Part shown: positions 51,101-63,600 of the stretch, piece by piece | How positions within the stretch are numbered: position 1 is the first letter of the stretch | Layout: each line of letters begins with the position of its first letter | NCBI GenBank assembly: GCA_020137815.1 | Contig: CM035352.1 | Coordinates: forward strand, 6,448,001-6,512,000 | From: Hormiphora californensis | Lineage: Eukaryota > Animalia > Ctenophora | Length of the DNA stretch: 64,000 nucleotides | Reading direction: 5' to 3' | Notes under the pieces: generated by a model | Databases searched by the model: none | Told to the model about the DNA's origin: nothing | The model's input: only the letters and a program-made list of their open reading frames with translations | Translations under genes and position numbers: made by a program

Positions 51101-53583
51101 TAATACCCTTTAGAAACACCATGAGTGAGATCTCCTCTCTATGAGTCCTACTATCAGGGTAGGCCAACTCTGCCTTTTGGCGTAATCTATAAACATAATC
51201 AGTAATTGATTCGCCCTGTTTTTGAACACAATCTTGAAGGCTACTCCGAAAAGCAAATTGTTGATCACCATAAATATTATGTTTAATCTCAGCTAGAAAA
51301 GATTTATGATCAAGTTTGTCGTCGTCGTCAACTTGAATACTGTGTAATCGGTCATAAAATTGATCGTCTGCAATTGTTTGCATGAACAAGGCATACTGTC
51401 TTTCACCAGAAATATTATTAACTATTACAAACTCAGCAAATCTATTACAATGAGTGATAAAACTGTCTCCCTTTTTGAATTTAGGAGGTTCGCTATAAAG
51501 AGAATTACTAGTACTCAAACCTCTTAATGCTGCCACTAATTGGTCAGTGGAGCTGCCTGGCTGTTGACTAGAATCATAACTGCTAGGATCTTCTTTGACA
51601 ATTTTACTAATATTTGTCTTAAACTGCTTGTCCTTAGAACAACGTTTATTAAGATGAGCTATCAACTCTTCTTGAGAAAAATCATCAAGAGACATGATAT
51701 AAATTAAAAACTAATAATTAAAAACTATTAATTAACTATTCAAATAATTAAGAATTCGTATCAGGCTCCAAATGTAATGACTCTGTTATTGATTGATACG
51801 CTTGGTTTTGGGGTCAAGAGAATAGGGAATAAAGAACCAAATATAATATGATGAATACGAACTGACTGACTAGCCACGTCAGTTGTGGACGTGAGCGTGG
51901 CTAGACATAACAATCGACTGCAACTAATAACAACCGACTAACCATTAACAATACGTCATATATCCATATCAACCACAGATAGCTTGCAATAATGTGGGCA
52001 GTAGCGATCCTACTATATCTTGCCAGTACCTCAGCCCTATACCCAGCCGGAGAATAGCTAAACATTGAGCTTGCTCAATGCGTGTGTGTGTGTTTACTCA
52101 TTACCTCCCGGTGCTACAACCCCTCTACTAATGCAATACTTGGCCATGCAGTTGCACACTGCTGGCACCATTCCAATAGCTATACTATTGGAATGGTGCC
52201 AGCAGTTTCACCGACGACAGACAGAAGACGATCTGGTGGTGATTCCGAAAGGATGGTCCGGCACTATGCTGTCTCGCCTGTTCGGTGAGACTTGGCTGTG
52301 TGACTGTTTACAGTCCCAGATGAGCGGCCCAAACCAAACCAAACCAAATCAAACCGTTCGTTACTTTACAAACTATTCAATCACCAAGTACATAATGATT
52401 AGTGGAAATAATGATTGATACTAGCATCTGAGGAAATTTCTGCAATTACCGATTTGTTGAGCTAGGAGAAGGTGCTCCCTTGTCTGGGGCATCTGTCCAT
52501 CAGTAGCACTGACCACCAGAATACACCCATCCATCCTACTAGCTCCCATAATCATATTCTTAACGTAATCAGCGTGTCCAGGGCAATCAACGTGAGAGTA
52601 GTGTCTCTTTTCAGTTTCATACTCAACGTGTTGACTGTTGATGGTGATACCACGGACTCGCTCCTCAGGGGCATTATCGATCATGTCATATCCTTGGTAC
52701 TTGGCAAGGCCCTGATCAGCCAAAACTGAGGGAGGGGATATAAATCAGGAAATATCATTAGGACCTGGATTAGAATTGTCATGCTGTATTGATCATCCGT
52801 TGGGTATGTACAATTTGTACTACAAATTAAGACGTGGTTATTACTAGTTGTTTACGTGTTAATTGTGTAGGTATTGAGTGTTGTAGAGGACATGTAATTC
52901 AATATACCTTTAGTAATAGCTGCAGTTAGAGACGTCTTGCCGTGGTCAATGTGTCCGATAGTCCCAATGTTAATATGAGGTTTCCGCCGCTGATAAGTTG
53001 CTAGATATCGAGCACCAACTGAAACGTGGTTCTTGGTTACTGACACATTTTCATCCCTTGGTTACACATTTTCAGCCCTGTTTCCGTTTCTAGAGTGTTC
53101 TGCGTATTGAGCGCATCACTCTTCACGTGCGCTCCTCTGCTGCTGACAATTTTGATACACTCATCGCGCGCCTGTTAGGCGGTCGCGACTGCGCGCAAAG
53201 GGGGTCTACTGCACAACTCACCCGACGAAGTGTTCAATCCGCTGCTTGCAAGTACAGCCTGAGAGTAATCAGGGTTAGTGAGTGTAAGCACGTGATACAT
53301 GTGGCTGTTAATTTACTTACTGAGTTAAGGGCAGAAATGATCGGTGATGATCCGGCGACTGTGCGACCTGTAAAAAAGAAGTGGTGAGAGAGAGAAAGAG
53401 AGAGAGAAAGATGGAAAATGGAAGAGAGAAAGATAGAAAATAAAACCAAAAGTGAGAAAGCAGAATCTATTTATATGCACACATTATGATACTACAGATT
53501 CAATGACTAATAAACCACCAACAGACATACACACGCTTCTTACCTGAGCATTGCCGTAGAGTGAAACCAATAAGAGACGCCAT
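45108..53583 (-). CDS. TUFM: Mitochondrial elongation factor Tu, 7 exons
   Basis: Presequence exon 53583-53544 ([13 protein letters not shown]); [47 protein letters not shown]; 6.07-kb intron at 46379-52449. Confidence 0.95.
46490..46633. repeat. Three tandem palindromic units (TTGAAACTGATGTCAGTTTCAA) within inverted ends
   Basis: Seen directly. Confidence 0.75.
46915..47634 (-). CDS. Intronless acidic protein with N-terminal membrane anchor, nested in a TUFM intron
   Basis: 239-codon [31 protein letters not shown]..., E/D-rich body, helical C-terminal end; no family recognised. Confidence 0.65.
   Translation of the reverse strand: MLSFNSKLLLATCTAGAAALAIWWAYRREDKDEPKDDQTENEIPKEIIEETALGEETVEVKEEMTVNEDGVNMSGSEGEADEDVDMTGSEEGEDVGGMSRGQSMLSLSTSSTLCNSGDRRMGSMGLIIEEEEEDSDEYEEGEILMISDSDDSGDEGEVSEAESEGEVKIEVNSVNLNDEVEVATQNVDNEEPRTLSTGRSFPPPPPRQMTYAEFRSLAIEAEWQEALAHAMRIPDMNEF
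48612..49552. mobile_element. ~940-bp near-perfect palindrome (TA-flanked foldback MITE) nested in the LTR element
   Basis: ~455-bp arms with only ~2 mismatches seen; central TTTCCCGCCAAAA duplicated. Confidence 0.92.
50805..51695 (-). CDS. Retrotransposon Gag-like protein
   Basis: [20 protein letters not shown] (major homology region-like), [21 protein letters not shown]. Confidence 0.85.
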   Translation of the reverse strand: MSLDDFSQEELIAHLNKRCSKDKQFKTNISKIVKEDPSSYDSSQQPGSSTDQLVAALRGLSTSNSLYSEPPKFKKGDSFITHCNRFAEFVIVNNISGERQYALFMQTIADDQFYDRLHSIQVDDDDKLDHKSFLAEIKHNIYGDQQFAFRSSLQDCVQKQGESITDYVYRLRQKAELAYPDSRTHREEISLMVFLKGIRDLVLRRKLNELPDIETFSTAIKQAKRLERVDQMMGSSNGNNSSSNGTDSSTQNTSVLRTEVKFEHDSEIPSNSSYSYRRSPRNRRNIRSRDKYHSGY

Positions 53584-54074
53584 TTATAAGTTGAGCTTGA
53601 CGCTGAGTAATATAGGTTTAATTAGGGCAAATTATTGGTTAATTAGGGAATATTAACGGACTGGTTAGTGCCGTGAGAAGAAGAACAGTAATTGATGAGC
53701 CGATTTAAATGTTGATGAAGATTGAAATTCAGAAATTTATAACAAACATGCACATTACACAAACTCGTTATGTCATTAGTCGTTTATATAATAGAAACAT
53801 GCACTGCACAAACAACATAGACAGACATACTCCACACACACACACATACACAGACAGATTAGAGATATTTCTTTCCCTCGTTTTAGTCTCTCTCTTTCTT
53901 GCATTACACACAGATACATCATTGAACCACAAATAGTAACAGAGAGAGATGTCTGTGCACAAATAGTTAGTACAGAGAGAGATGTCTGTGCACAAATAGT
54001 TAGGTGGGCGTGGCTGCAGAGAAGAGAATGATGGCAAAAATTCCAGTTGATTTAGAAAAGTGGTTAATATATCC

Positions 54075-56265
54075 CTAGAGAAGTTTAGGTGCGGTGTAAG
54101 TGGGTTTCATGTCCGAAAAGAAATCCACTTCTTCAGGTTCTTGCACCTCAGGAATCTTCATTATATCACTAACAGTAGGGTGATTTCCCTGTAATTCCAA
54201 CTTCAAATCTCTCATCTCTATTCCCTGGTCACTCTCCTCTAATTGTGTATCAAAATCACTCCACCCGCCGTTATCCCACCCAAAAACATCCTCTTCCTCC
54301 TCTCCCCCCGAGGGAGGTTTACTTTCCGTGTTCACTGGGGTGGGAGTATCATCAGGGCCAGCAATATCATCCTCATCGTCTCTACTCTCACTAGCCCTCT
54401 TTACTATCTCTAACAATGATACCCCTCCTCCCTCCTCTCCCTCTCCATCTTCACTAAATTCTAGCTGATCGCTATCAGCCCAGCCAGCCATATCGGACCC
54501 GCCACCCTTGTATTCCATAGTGAATCCATCCCTCTCATGAGCCAACAGCTGAGATCGAGTAAAACGTTCCTTCTTCAGCACATTTGGGTTGGGACTATCA
54601 GTCGTCTCTCCAATTAGTACTTTAGGAGTGGAGATAGGGGGATGTGATGCTACTTCAATCAGCTTTGGACCACTCTCAGGTGCGGCCTCCCGTTTTTTCT
54701 TCGCCTCTCTCCGTTTTTTAAACTCCTCCGCCCGTTTCTCCCTCTCCAGCCGTATAACATCATCTGCATGATGTAGTGGGTACTCTTTCCCCGAATCAAG
54801 ATCACTCTCACTCACCACCTGCCCGTTCATAGCATGTTTGAAACTAGTTTCCTCTTCCCCCGGTGCTAGGGGAGGGGGTGCTGCCGTACCACGGGGTGTC
54901 GCATCATGGAAGTGAGATTTCTGGAGGGAGCTGCCCACGACAGTTGTAGCACCGAGACAGGAGGTAAGAACAGCAAGACCATGGAATGTGGCCATTACAA
55001 TTGCATCATCTGTGTCGTTTAGACCCATCAATATCTCGGGAAGGAGGGCATCTTTAACGAAGTGAGTGGGAAGATAGGGAACGTAGCATCTCGATAACCG
55101 GAGTAAAACTAGCCGGGTGTGTTTAGCTCTTCGTTTATATAGCTCCTTTAGTGCTGGGGCAATAACGCGAGCATAACTTTCAGCTTTGTAAAAACCCTTA
55201 CTTTCACGTTTTGTTTTTACTGTCAGTAACCTCGGAAGGAGGTATTCTCGAGCGTCCTCTTCGGCAAAACAAAGATCGGAGAAAATAAGTCTCATCAGAT
55301 AGCGCTGAAAATGGTCCGAGGAAACGTGAAACAACCCAGAGCTGGCTGTTCTGAAGAAATCTCGTTTTTCATCCTCCGACTTGACAGTGATTGCCTCGAG
55401 AAATGCAATAGAGTTTATTAGATGCATGATTGGGGATTAACAGTAAAGTAGGGGTTGGATAGAAACTCTTCCATATTGGGTCTCTTCCTAGGATCAGCAC
55501 TACACAAGCAGATGTTTCACCATCTGTCTAAACTTTATCAGTTCACCATCTTGTTTAGCTGCTAGTTTCTCTGTCAGCTTTACAATCAGATGACCCAACA
55601 TCCATGCATCTCGGCAGTGTATGGCGTTACTTCGAAACGTTCCATCGATGTCCTCAGGCGAGGCAGGAACATCTGGGGTTGCGGATCTAATCAGACTCCC
55701 GACCATGACATCCTCAATATCGGCAGGTCCGTGTCACATTTTCTAGTCCCGCTAACCGCCACAAGTTATCCGCCTGACTCACAAAAATGGATGAAGTCTT
55801 AACAGTTGTTGTGAGCTTGTTTGGCATTAACATGTAGAAATTGGAGAGCAGAGGCGATAGAATGAACACCAAGGGCAATATCTTCCTCCTTCAGTGTTTT
55901 TAGAAGCGTTCCTAGGGGCACTACTGGCTCGGTAACGAGATACAAGGCATCACCGTCTTCCTGAAAAAAAGAAATGGTAAAACGATTAAATATCGGTAGT
56001 GTTATTTATCTAACTCTGATCACGATTGACGAACCTGACTCTCAATGTAGTGTAGAATCTGTGGGTGCCGGCATAACTTTAAATTCTTAATTAGCAACTC
56101 GCACTGTTTTATCGACCCGGGACCGGCTTTCTTGTGTACAAAAATGCTGCATTTCTGTCCGCTTGCTAGAGTTCCATGATTTATTGACCAGGGAAAGTTG
56201 TCTGACTGTGTAACCACCCGTCCCTCAACTGTCACCGCAGGAGCCCGACTGTGGCTCGCTCCCAT
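54075..56265 (-). CDS. SCYL3: SCY1-like pseudokinase 3 (PACE-1), 2 exons, several apparent +1 frameshifts at 55420-55805
   Basis: Myristoylation-type MGASHS; IKNLKLCRHPQIL; LYLVTEPV; frame-corrected HNNVKTSSIFVS..WRLAGLE; HEAT region LLPEILMGLNDTDD; DFFSDMKP. Confidence 0.88.
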
Positions 56266-56542
56266 TTTCAATCATTTGCCTAGAATAATCAGGTGAAAAT
56301 TTAATTAGGGGTTACTGCACTAACCACTAGCCGCTAGTCACTGCGTATTCAATGTCGCTTGACTGATCACTGATGACGCCTGCCGCAGGAAAACGTTAAA
56401 ATCTGGGTGCCTTCCATTGCTAACATTTCATCGATTTTGGCGTTCGAGACGGGTTAGGGTTTTATTTGGGGTTATCGGTTAGGGCTATCGATTCTCTATC
56501 AGATACCGTTTAGTTTACTCAAATCGGCCATGTGGTTGCGGG

Positions 56543-56788
56543 GCGCCGTTACGATCTGGGTGTTTGAAGGCCTGTTTACAAGTGCACGCTGCCAAAAAAG
56601 TTGATTCACTAAAATGGCTCTAACCGCCAAACCACTCAACCGTTTTGGCTGATTCGAAGTTTATCTGGTAGGGAATGTCAAGGCCTAACCCCAACCCAAA
56701 CCCCAACCCTAACCCTAACCCTACTTTAGCCCTAACCCTAAAAAACCGTTTGTCAGCACTCCCAAAACCCAGATTTTAACGCTGGCCG
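56543..56788 (-). mobile_element. TTAGGG-containing short-TIR element (copy 2)
   Basis: Reverse complement of the 18102 and 58083 copies; extra fragments at ~56394-56490 and 56845-56900. Confidence 0.82.
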
Positions 56789-57035
56789 TGGTTGCGTGGC
56801 TATAGCCGTTTGAAAAAAAGTCGGTCTAAGTGGTTTTAGGTGTACTTTTTTGGCAGCGCGCACCTGTAAACACGCTGCAAGGCACCCAGATTATAATCGC
56901 GCCCCCTGCCGCACACCAAAATTTTGAAAAGAAAGTTGGTGGCTGCTGGCTTTTCAAAAAACAAAAACACTTTCTCTGAAAAGAAGTCCTGAAATCTAAA
57001 TTTATAAAATCCGTTTGCTTTTAGGCAGCGTAAAT

Positions 57036-57948
57036 GGAAAAACAGTGATTCCAAACCGAAAATTATAATAAATTACCCACACACCGTCATACTCTCATAC
57101 TCCCTCTCTCTGCTCACTTGTCTCGAAAGTCTACATCTTCCACACTGACTGGGACAACCCTTCTCTTGGTTCCCCGAAGCGCAACAAGAGTTGATCTTAA
57201 CAAACTGAATCGTGTCTTTTCTCGGATGAAGGACATGGTTTCAGCGTAACTCTCCTTGTGCCTGTCACAGATCTTCCTGGCCGCTCGCTCCAAAACCTTC
57301 CCTACTTCTCCGGCAAAACCTCCCGACGTGGAGAATACGAGGGGCGTGAAGGAACCCTGCTCCACTTCTTGCACCCTTCGCATATAGGCAAGTTTCTTCT
57401 GATTTTGGTGCTGTTTATACAGGTTCGTGATGGGCATCTTCAGGTAGGATGGGGCATTAGGATGGAAAACCCGTACATCCATGAAACTGGTCTGCATGTC
57501 AGACCATAAGCCACGACAGACTATGTCCATTCGTGCTTCAGCTTTGATATTTGCACTGATTGGCAGGTTGAATCCGTCACAGGGCAACATTGGCTGTTCA
57601 GTGTTAACGGGTTTAAATCCCGCATACCGAAGGATATCGGCTAAGGTATCCCGAAGGTGGTCATGTCTCCACATATCAAAGCCTCCAACCTTGCAGATCA
57701 AGGCGTGGTCACTGGTGTTTTGTGCCCCACAGCCGCATTTCCCTATCAGGTCCGGGAAGTGGAAGCCGTATCTGAGCCGAATGGCATCGACAAACTCAAC
57801 CTGGTTAAGCTCATGGCCCAGTTTCTGCAGCGGTCGAGCAGTTAGCCAACTAGAAGCACCGGGTTCGGAGCACAGCTCCATGGCACGCTGTGTCTTCATA
57901 TCAACTTGCAAAGATATCTGCACGGTCCGTTGCATGCCTCTCATCAGT
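57036..57948 (-). mobile_element. 5'-truncated CRE-clade non-LTR retrotransposon (Zn finger + REL endonuclease; ORF 57114-57944)
   Basis: GASSWL, CGCG..DHALIC..RHDHLRD, ARMDI, FMDVRVFHPNAPSY, FTPLVFSTSGG; GGCAGCGTAAAT repeated at 57024-57035 and 57949-57960. Confidence 0.85.
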
Positions 57949-58082
57949 GGCAGCGTAAATTAAACTTTTATCGCGCGTACCATTAAAAGCTGGTCCACGC
58001 GGCGTTAAAATTAAAAAATATGCCAAGCGATTCTATTCGTGAATCGTGAACTGTTTTTTGTTGTTTTTCTTCGGCAAAAATT

Positions 58083-58331
58083 CGGCCAGCGTTAAAATCT
58101 GGGTGTTCCGTGAGTGCTGGGTGCTGACAAACGGTTTTCAGGGTTAGGGCTAAGGTAGGGTTAGGGTTTGGGTTGGGTTTAGGCTTTGACATTTCCTATC
58201 AGATAAACTTTGAATTAGCCAAAACGGTTGAGTGGTTTGGCGGTTAGAGCCATTTTAGTGAATCAACTTTTTTGGCAGCACGCACCTGTAAACAGGCCAC
58301 CAAACACGGAACACCCAGATCGTAACGGCGC
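58083..58331 (+). mobile_element. TTAGGG-containing short-TIR element (copy 3)
   Basis: Uninterrupted homolog of the 18102 copy. Confidence 0.82.
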
Positions 58332-58759
58332 TCGAAAAATTCCCCTGGACCTAGCTCGTGGGGGTGGGAAGTTTTACCCCCACTCCCCCTGACCCGGGCT
58401 GCCACCCAAGATGTGATGTTTATCAGTTTTTGACGCATACCGCACACGCCACACGCAAAAAATGAGCGCACACGAAGGGGGGTGGGGGGCGTGAAAACTT
58501 CATTCGACTTTATACATCAACCCTCTAGCCTCTGTTCTTAATAATTGAGACTCAGCTTTTAGCGCTTAAAACATTTAGAACCAATTACCTTTTTAGAATT
58601 ACTATAAAATTAGGGGCATTAATGTCATGTGACAAGATTTATGAAAATCCAAGTGATGGCTATTTTTTGCAAATTTCAAATAAATGAACCCAGCTGAAAG
58701 AAGCGGAGCTTCATACCTAAATTACCAGTCTAATAAATTTCAATAATTCCACCAGGTCG

Positions 58760-59785
58760 ATGGTTTTAGAATGCTGTCAATTATGTGGTGTCCACTCCTC
58801 CAAGTTCACCTGCCAGACGTGCATTAACTCTGGTAATTTCTGGATCGGTAAAGCTCAGTTCTCGTTCAGCGGCAAGAAGCAGATTGTTTCCAATTTGAAG
58901 GCAGAGAACGATGACCTGAGGAAGATATTGTCAAATGTTTATAAATCATCTTTGTCATACAAAGAAAGTATCAAAACGTCACTTAGTTGTGAGAATCGAG
59001 AGAGGGTTGAGAGGATTCAAAAACTGCGTTTGGAGACAGTCCAATTGGAGGATAAAATAGGGACACTTCGCTTGTGTAATGTGCAACGGGAAAAGGATAT
59101 TTTTGAAAAACAGACTAAGATTGAAGCATTCAAACAGCAGATAAAGTCAGCTGAACAGTGTTGCTCGGTAGAAAAAGCGAAGATTTCATCCGTTAAAACC
59201 CACCTCCAAGTTGAGTGTCGAAGTATAATTCGTCAAATCAACACCATCTTCTCGATCGGCCCACAAAATGTTCTGGGTATCCCATTCCGAGAATGCAAGT
59301 CACTAAAGGACTATGTTCGACAGATCAGAATTGATGAAGGTGAAGCTGAAAACACCTCAGTTGTTCTCTCCCATTTGATCCAGTTTACGAATGTGCTATC
59401 AAGTACATTCAGTGTTCCACTGCCCTTCCCAAACCTGTCTCTCAGATTAACCCTCCCCCGACGACTACTCCTCAAATCACTCCAACAACTTGACTGCAAC
59501 GTCCTCTACCTATGTCTCTCCCAGCATGTTCACCCAGACCTCCTGGCACAGCGACACTTCCTCTCCAATCTTGTCCAACTTCTGGAATCTGAAGACACGT
59601 GTTTATATCGGGAGTTTGATTGTTGTCTTGAAGAAGCGGAAGAAGAGGAAAGCGAGTTGAGCAGCTCTGAAAGTGAGGAAGGAGACTGGGAGAGATTGGG
59701 AGGACCTGAGGAGGGAGGAGAGGCACAACAAGAATCCATTCCTCGCAGGCAGTCCTACATTGGGTCTCTTATCTGGAAAACTTGA
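58760..59785 (+). CDS. ATG14: Autophagy protein ATG14 (Barkor), intronless
   Basis: N-terminal CQLC..FTCQTCINSGNF, coiled coil, LDCNVLYLCLSQHV, acidic GDWERL tail. Confidence 0.85.
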   Translation: MVLECCQLCGVHSSKFTCQTCINSGNFWIGKAQFSFSGKKQIVSNLKAENDDLRKILSNVYKSSLSYKESIKTSLSCENRERVERIQKLRLETVQLEDKIGTLRLCNVQREKDIFEKQTKIEAFKQQIKSAEQCCSVEKAKISSVKTHLQVECRSIIRQINTIFSIGPQNVLGIPFRECKSLKDYVRQIRIDEGEAENTSVVLSHLIQFTNVLSSTFSVPLPFPNLSLRLTLPRRLLLKSLQQLDCNVLYLCLSQHVHPDLLAQRHFLSNLVQLLESEDTCLYREFDCCLEEAEEEESELSSSESEEGDWERLGGPEEGGEAQQESIPRRQSYIGSLIWKT

Positions 59786-60096
59786 CACCCCGATTTCGAT
59801 TTGCTAGGAAAATTTGTGTTTCGCTGTTCTGTGATTGTTGTATCTACCTATACATTTTGTGTGTGTGTGCCACTTCTGTGGCACTACAGAAATTCAATTA
59901 AGTGTCTCTTCTTCTACTTTTTCCCAGACTCTCTCACTTCCCCTTGGTCGTAGCAGCAGCAGCAGCCATATCTCACTAAATTCTCTCTCGACCTCTTCCG
60001 GTCACATTCTGTGCATCCTTTACCCCATTTTAATAAGGCCTTCTATGTACATGTAATACTGTTTTAATGTCGTGCATTACCCAATATTTCTCTCTC

Positions 60097-60171
<75 letters not shown>

Positions 60172-60657
60172 ACTCATCTGTTGTGTATTGTATAGTCTTT
60201 CCGGGATGGACCATTTGGGTTCTACATGACTAATACATCCTTATTAGCTTCTTGCTTGCCCCCTCTCAGATCTGCCCCCCTATCTCTCTCTCTCTTGACG
60301 TCAGAATTCTTTTTTTGATCAATGCCCTCTATAATTGCAATCCTTGCATATTTTATTTGCAGTCCCTTTCTATCGCCCCGCCTCTTTTATTTAATTCCGT
60401 ATTCACTATTCGCAATTCTCAACATCATGTTATGACCTTGCCCGGCTCGACCCTGTCTCACCACGCCCCAAAACAAGTTATTATGACAGCTTGAACATTC
60501 ACAATAATACCATGGTCCGACTCACGCTTCCTCTATCCTCACTCTTCCTCTATCCCTCACTCACTCTTTACATTGCTCCAACAACCAACTCTATCTCTCC
60601 AACACCTCTTCCTATCTCTACAGTTACACCCCTCTCTATCTCTAGCTCAGAACTAAT

Positions 60658-63600
60658 ATGATGGGGGAACCGGACACCGATGAGGGGACGGGAGGTCAAC
60701 TATTGAAAAGGAGGAAAACTGGCAGTCGCATACTTAGGAAACTATCACTCTCCGGCAACAAGAAACGGTGCGTTTAAATTGTTTGTTTGTTTGAACCATA
60801 TTTATCGGGTAGTATAAACTTCCCCCGACACAGGAAATTAACAGTATTTGACCCATATTTACCGGGCAAAACTCCTTTCCCCCGACTCGACCGAGTATCC
60901 CGGTAAATCGGGGTCCGACTGTATGTAGAAAGCTTGTGGCACTGACGGTGCTACTTTTGATGTCACAATGTAATACACTCGGCCTATATTAGATGTGTGT
61001 GAGCGCTTGTAGGTTATCCCTTATGTGCATATAATGTGGGAACATGATATATTCCAATACTAAGTCACTCTCTCTCGATTTGGGAAACTAGGATGCTTTT
61101 TAATTTTAGTAATATTACTTTGGAAATGTCACACAGTTGGCACCCTTCACAGTCAGGCATCATAACCCATCACTTTCCACTCTGTAAAACACACTGTCTC
61201 ATACACCATGGGGGTATTACATTATGTATTTTGGCTTGGTGGCATCTTTTGGGCGTTTTACGTGAGCAAAATTACTGCCACGTAACGTTAATATATGTGC
61301 ATGTATATGCCAGCCTAATAATAATTGCCGAGAGAGAAAGAGAGAGGGAGAAAGAGAATGAGAGTGAGAGAGACAAAGAGAGAGAGGGAGAGAGAGATAG
61401 AGAGAGAGGGAGAGAGACAAAGAGGGAGAAAGAGAATAACGTTGAGACATGAGTGAATAATGAATGAGACTAAATGAGAATGAGACAGTTTAGGAAAGAG
61501 AGAATGTTTGTTTGTGTCAAAAAGCTTTTAGTCACTAAAATACCCTGGTTTCTAAAATACCGAAGCGCTTTCTGTATACATTATCTTCCCTTCTCTCTAA
61601 ATACAGAATGTGTCTTCTAGGTGGGACATGTGTATGTCGTGTGGTAAGGAGCTACATCGCCCCACCCACATATCACAGCTAGTTACACTGGTGTGGTTAC
61701 CATGGTTACCACAAACCGAATCATCTGTTTCTACCTGGCAGCTACTGCACTCATACACTTCATTACGATTGCCAATAATAAGCGGTGTTTATATTTCTTG
61801 GCAACATTTGAGAGATAGAGATTGTGACTAATTGATATATTGCCAGGGAGAGTATTATATACAAGCAGATGAAGAACGATGGAGAGGACGCAGGGGAGGA
61901 TGACTCGCTACTAGATGCCTCTAATGTCCGGTTTAAGAGGTCTATTGTACAAATCAACAGATCTAATGCATCAACACCAGTCAGTAAGTTGAAATGTAAA
62001 GGAACTTGAGTCGCAGCTTTAATATATAGCATGGCCCGTTTTGAGTCATTCGTATGTAAATTATGTTATGTTATTCAAGAAAACACGGTGACTTTTGGGG
62101 CTGTGGCATTGCCACCACAGTTGAACTTAATTCGAATGGCTCATTTCCCCTGTTTGTAACATCAAACATGTGCTACTATCCCTGTACTATTCCAAACCCA
62201 AACACGCTGCATGTGCAGTATACTGATTTGTGAGTGGCCCAGCTGTTGCACCACACGTTATTTGTTTATACACACACACACACACATGTCTCTCCTTGCA
62301 GGGACATGATTACACAACATAGTACTCCACAGCACATATAGATCATACATGACGTAATTCTGTGGGGTACTGTAATCTTGCCTTGTTGGTCCCCCCTCTC
62401 TCTCATGGTTAGGAGGGTTAGAACATAACAGCTGTAATCCCTTCCTTATATTGCTCCGTTACACGTCAGCATTATAAGTCCCATGTTATTCGCTGCAATG
62501 TAATTATTATGTGTAATACACATTGTGTGTGTAAGTCCTGTCTTTAGCTCTGAATTTCAGAAAACTATGCAAAGTTTGAAATGTAATTGATATATATGTC
62601 TACACTCACATGACACTTTATGTAGTGCACTCACCCCTCACACCTGCAGTATGACTTGTCTCTATATGTAATTGAAATAAAATTAGAATGCTGTTTTAGA
62701 GAAACGCAAGAAAGACAGTTGGGGGTCTAGGAAAGGAAAATATTAAAATCTAATTGGGTTATTTTAAAGTACATACTTTCTATTAACTTCTAGGGTTTAA
62801 TATAATGTCCCTTTCAGAAAGTGAGCCAGCCTCCCGGCCCGGCCTGTTTGAGAGGTTTAGAGCTAGTTTTAGGAAGGGACGGTCAACCAGCACTACCCCA
62901 GAATGTGATCCACTTGATGAAAGTGAGGTAGGTATTCCGGGGGCAGTTTTGAAAGATTGGCTGCTCCTTACTTGTACTGAATTCGCCAGTTGCATTCCCG
63001 ACATATCTGCGCCAAGATATGAGACGGAGAATCAATCTTACAGAACCATATAAACTATTCGTCAATTGCATTCCCGACATATCTGCGCCAAGATATGAGA
63101 CGGAGAATCAATCTTACAGAACCATATAAACCCATTAAACTATTCGTCAGTTGCATTCCCGACATATCTGCGCCAAGATATGAGACGGAGAATCAATCTT
63201 ACAGAACCATATAAACCCATTAAATTATTCGTCAATTGCATTCCCGACATATCTGCGCCAATATTATAGACGGAGAATCGTAAACACTTAACAATGTTAC
63301 AGAACCATAAACCCATTAAATTATTACAATCAGGTGACATGCGAGGACGGGGAAGATAAAGAGAACACTTGCGTGGAGCCAGCTGTACTACCAGCTGAAG
63401 GTGTGGAGCCAGCTGTACTACCCGAAGGTGTGGAGCCAAACAAGGAGGAAAGTAAGGAGGAAGTGGAGGCCGGGGACTCAATGAGTGATGTTATTGGGGA
63501 TGATGACGTTGACGAGATATTTAGCGATGGATCAGGTAATGATTTGATCGACCCTGTACTGTTCTATATAACTATTTAAAGTACAATTAAACTGTAAAGG

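Larger units (their letters stand above)
47996..51971 (-). mobile_element. Non-autonomous Ty3/gypsy-type LTR retroelement (gag only)
   Basis: Apparently identical 199-bp TG..CA LTRs at 47996-48194 and 51773-51971; PBS-like TGGAGCCTGATACGA next to the 5' LTR on the minus strand; no pol. Confidence 0.9.

Noticed and set aside
53127-53164. Alternative TUFM start ATG at 53164
   Set aside because: It stops after 13 codons; the exon at 53583-53544 gives a phase-compatible mitochondrial presequence.
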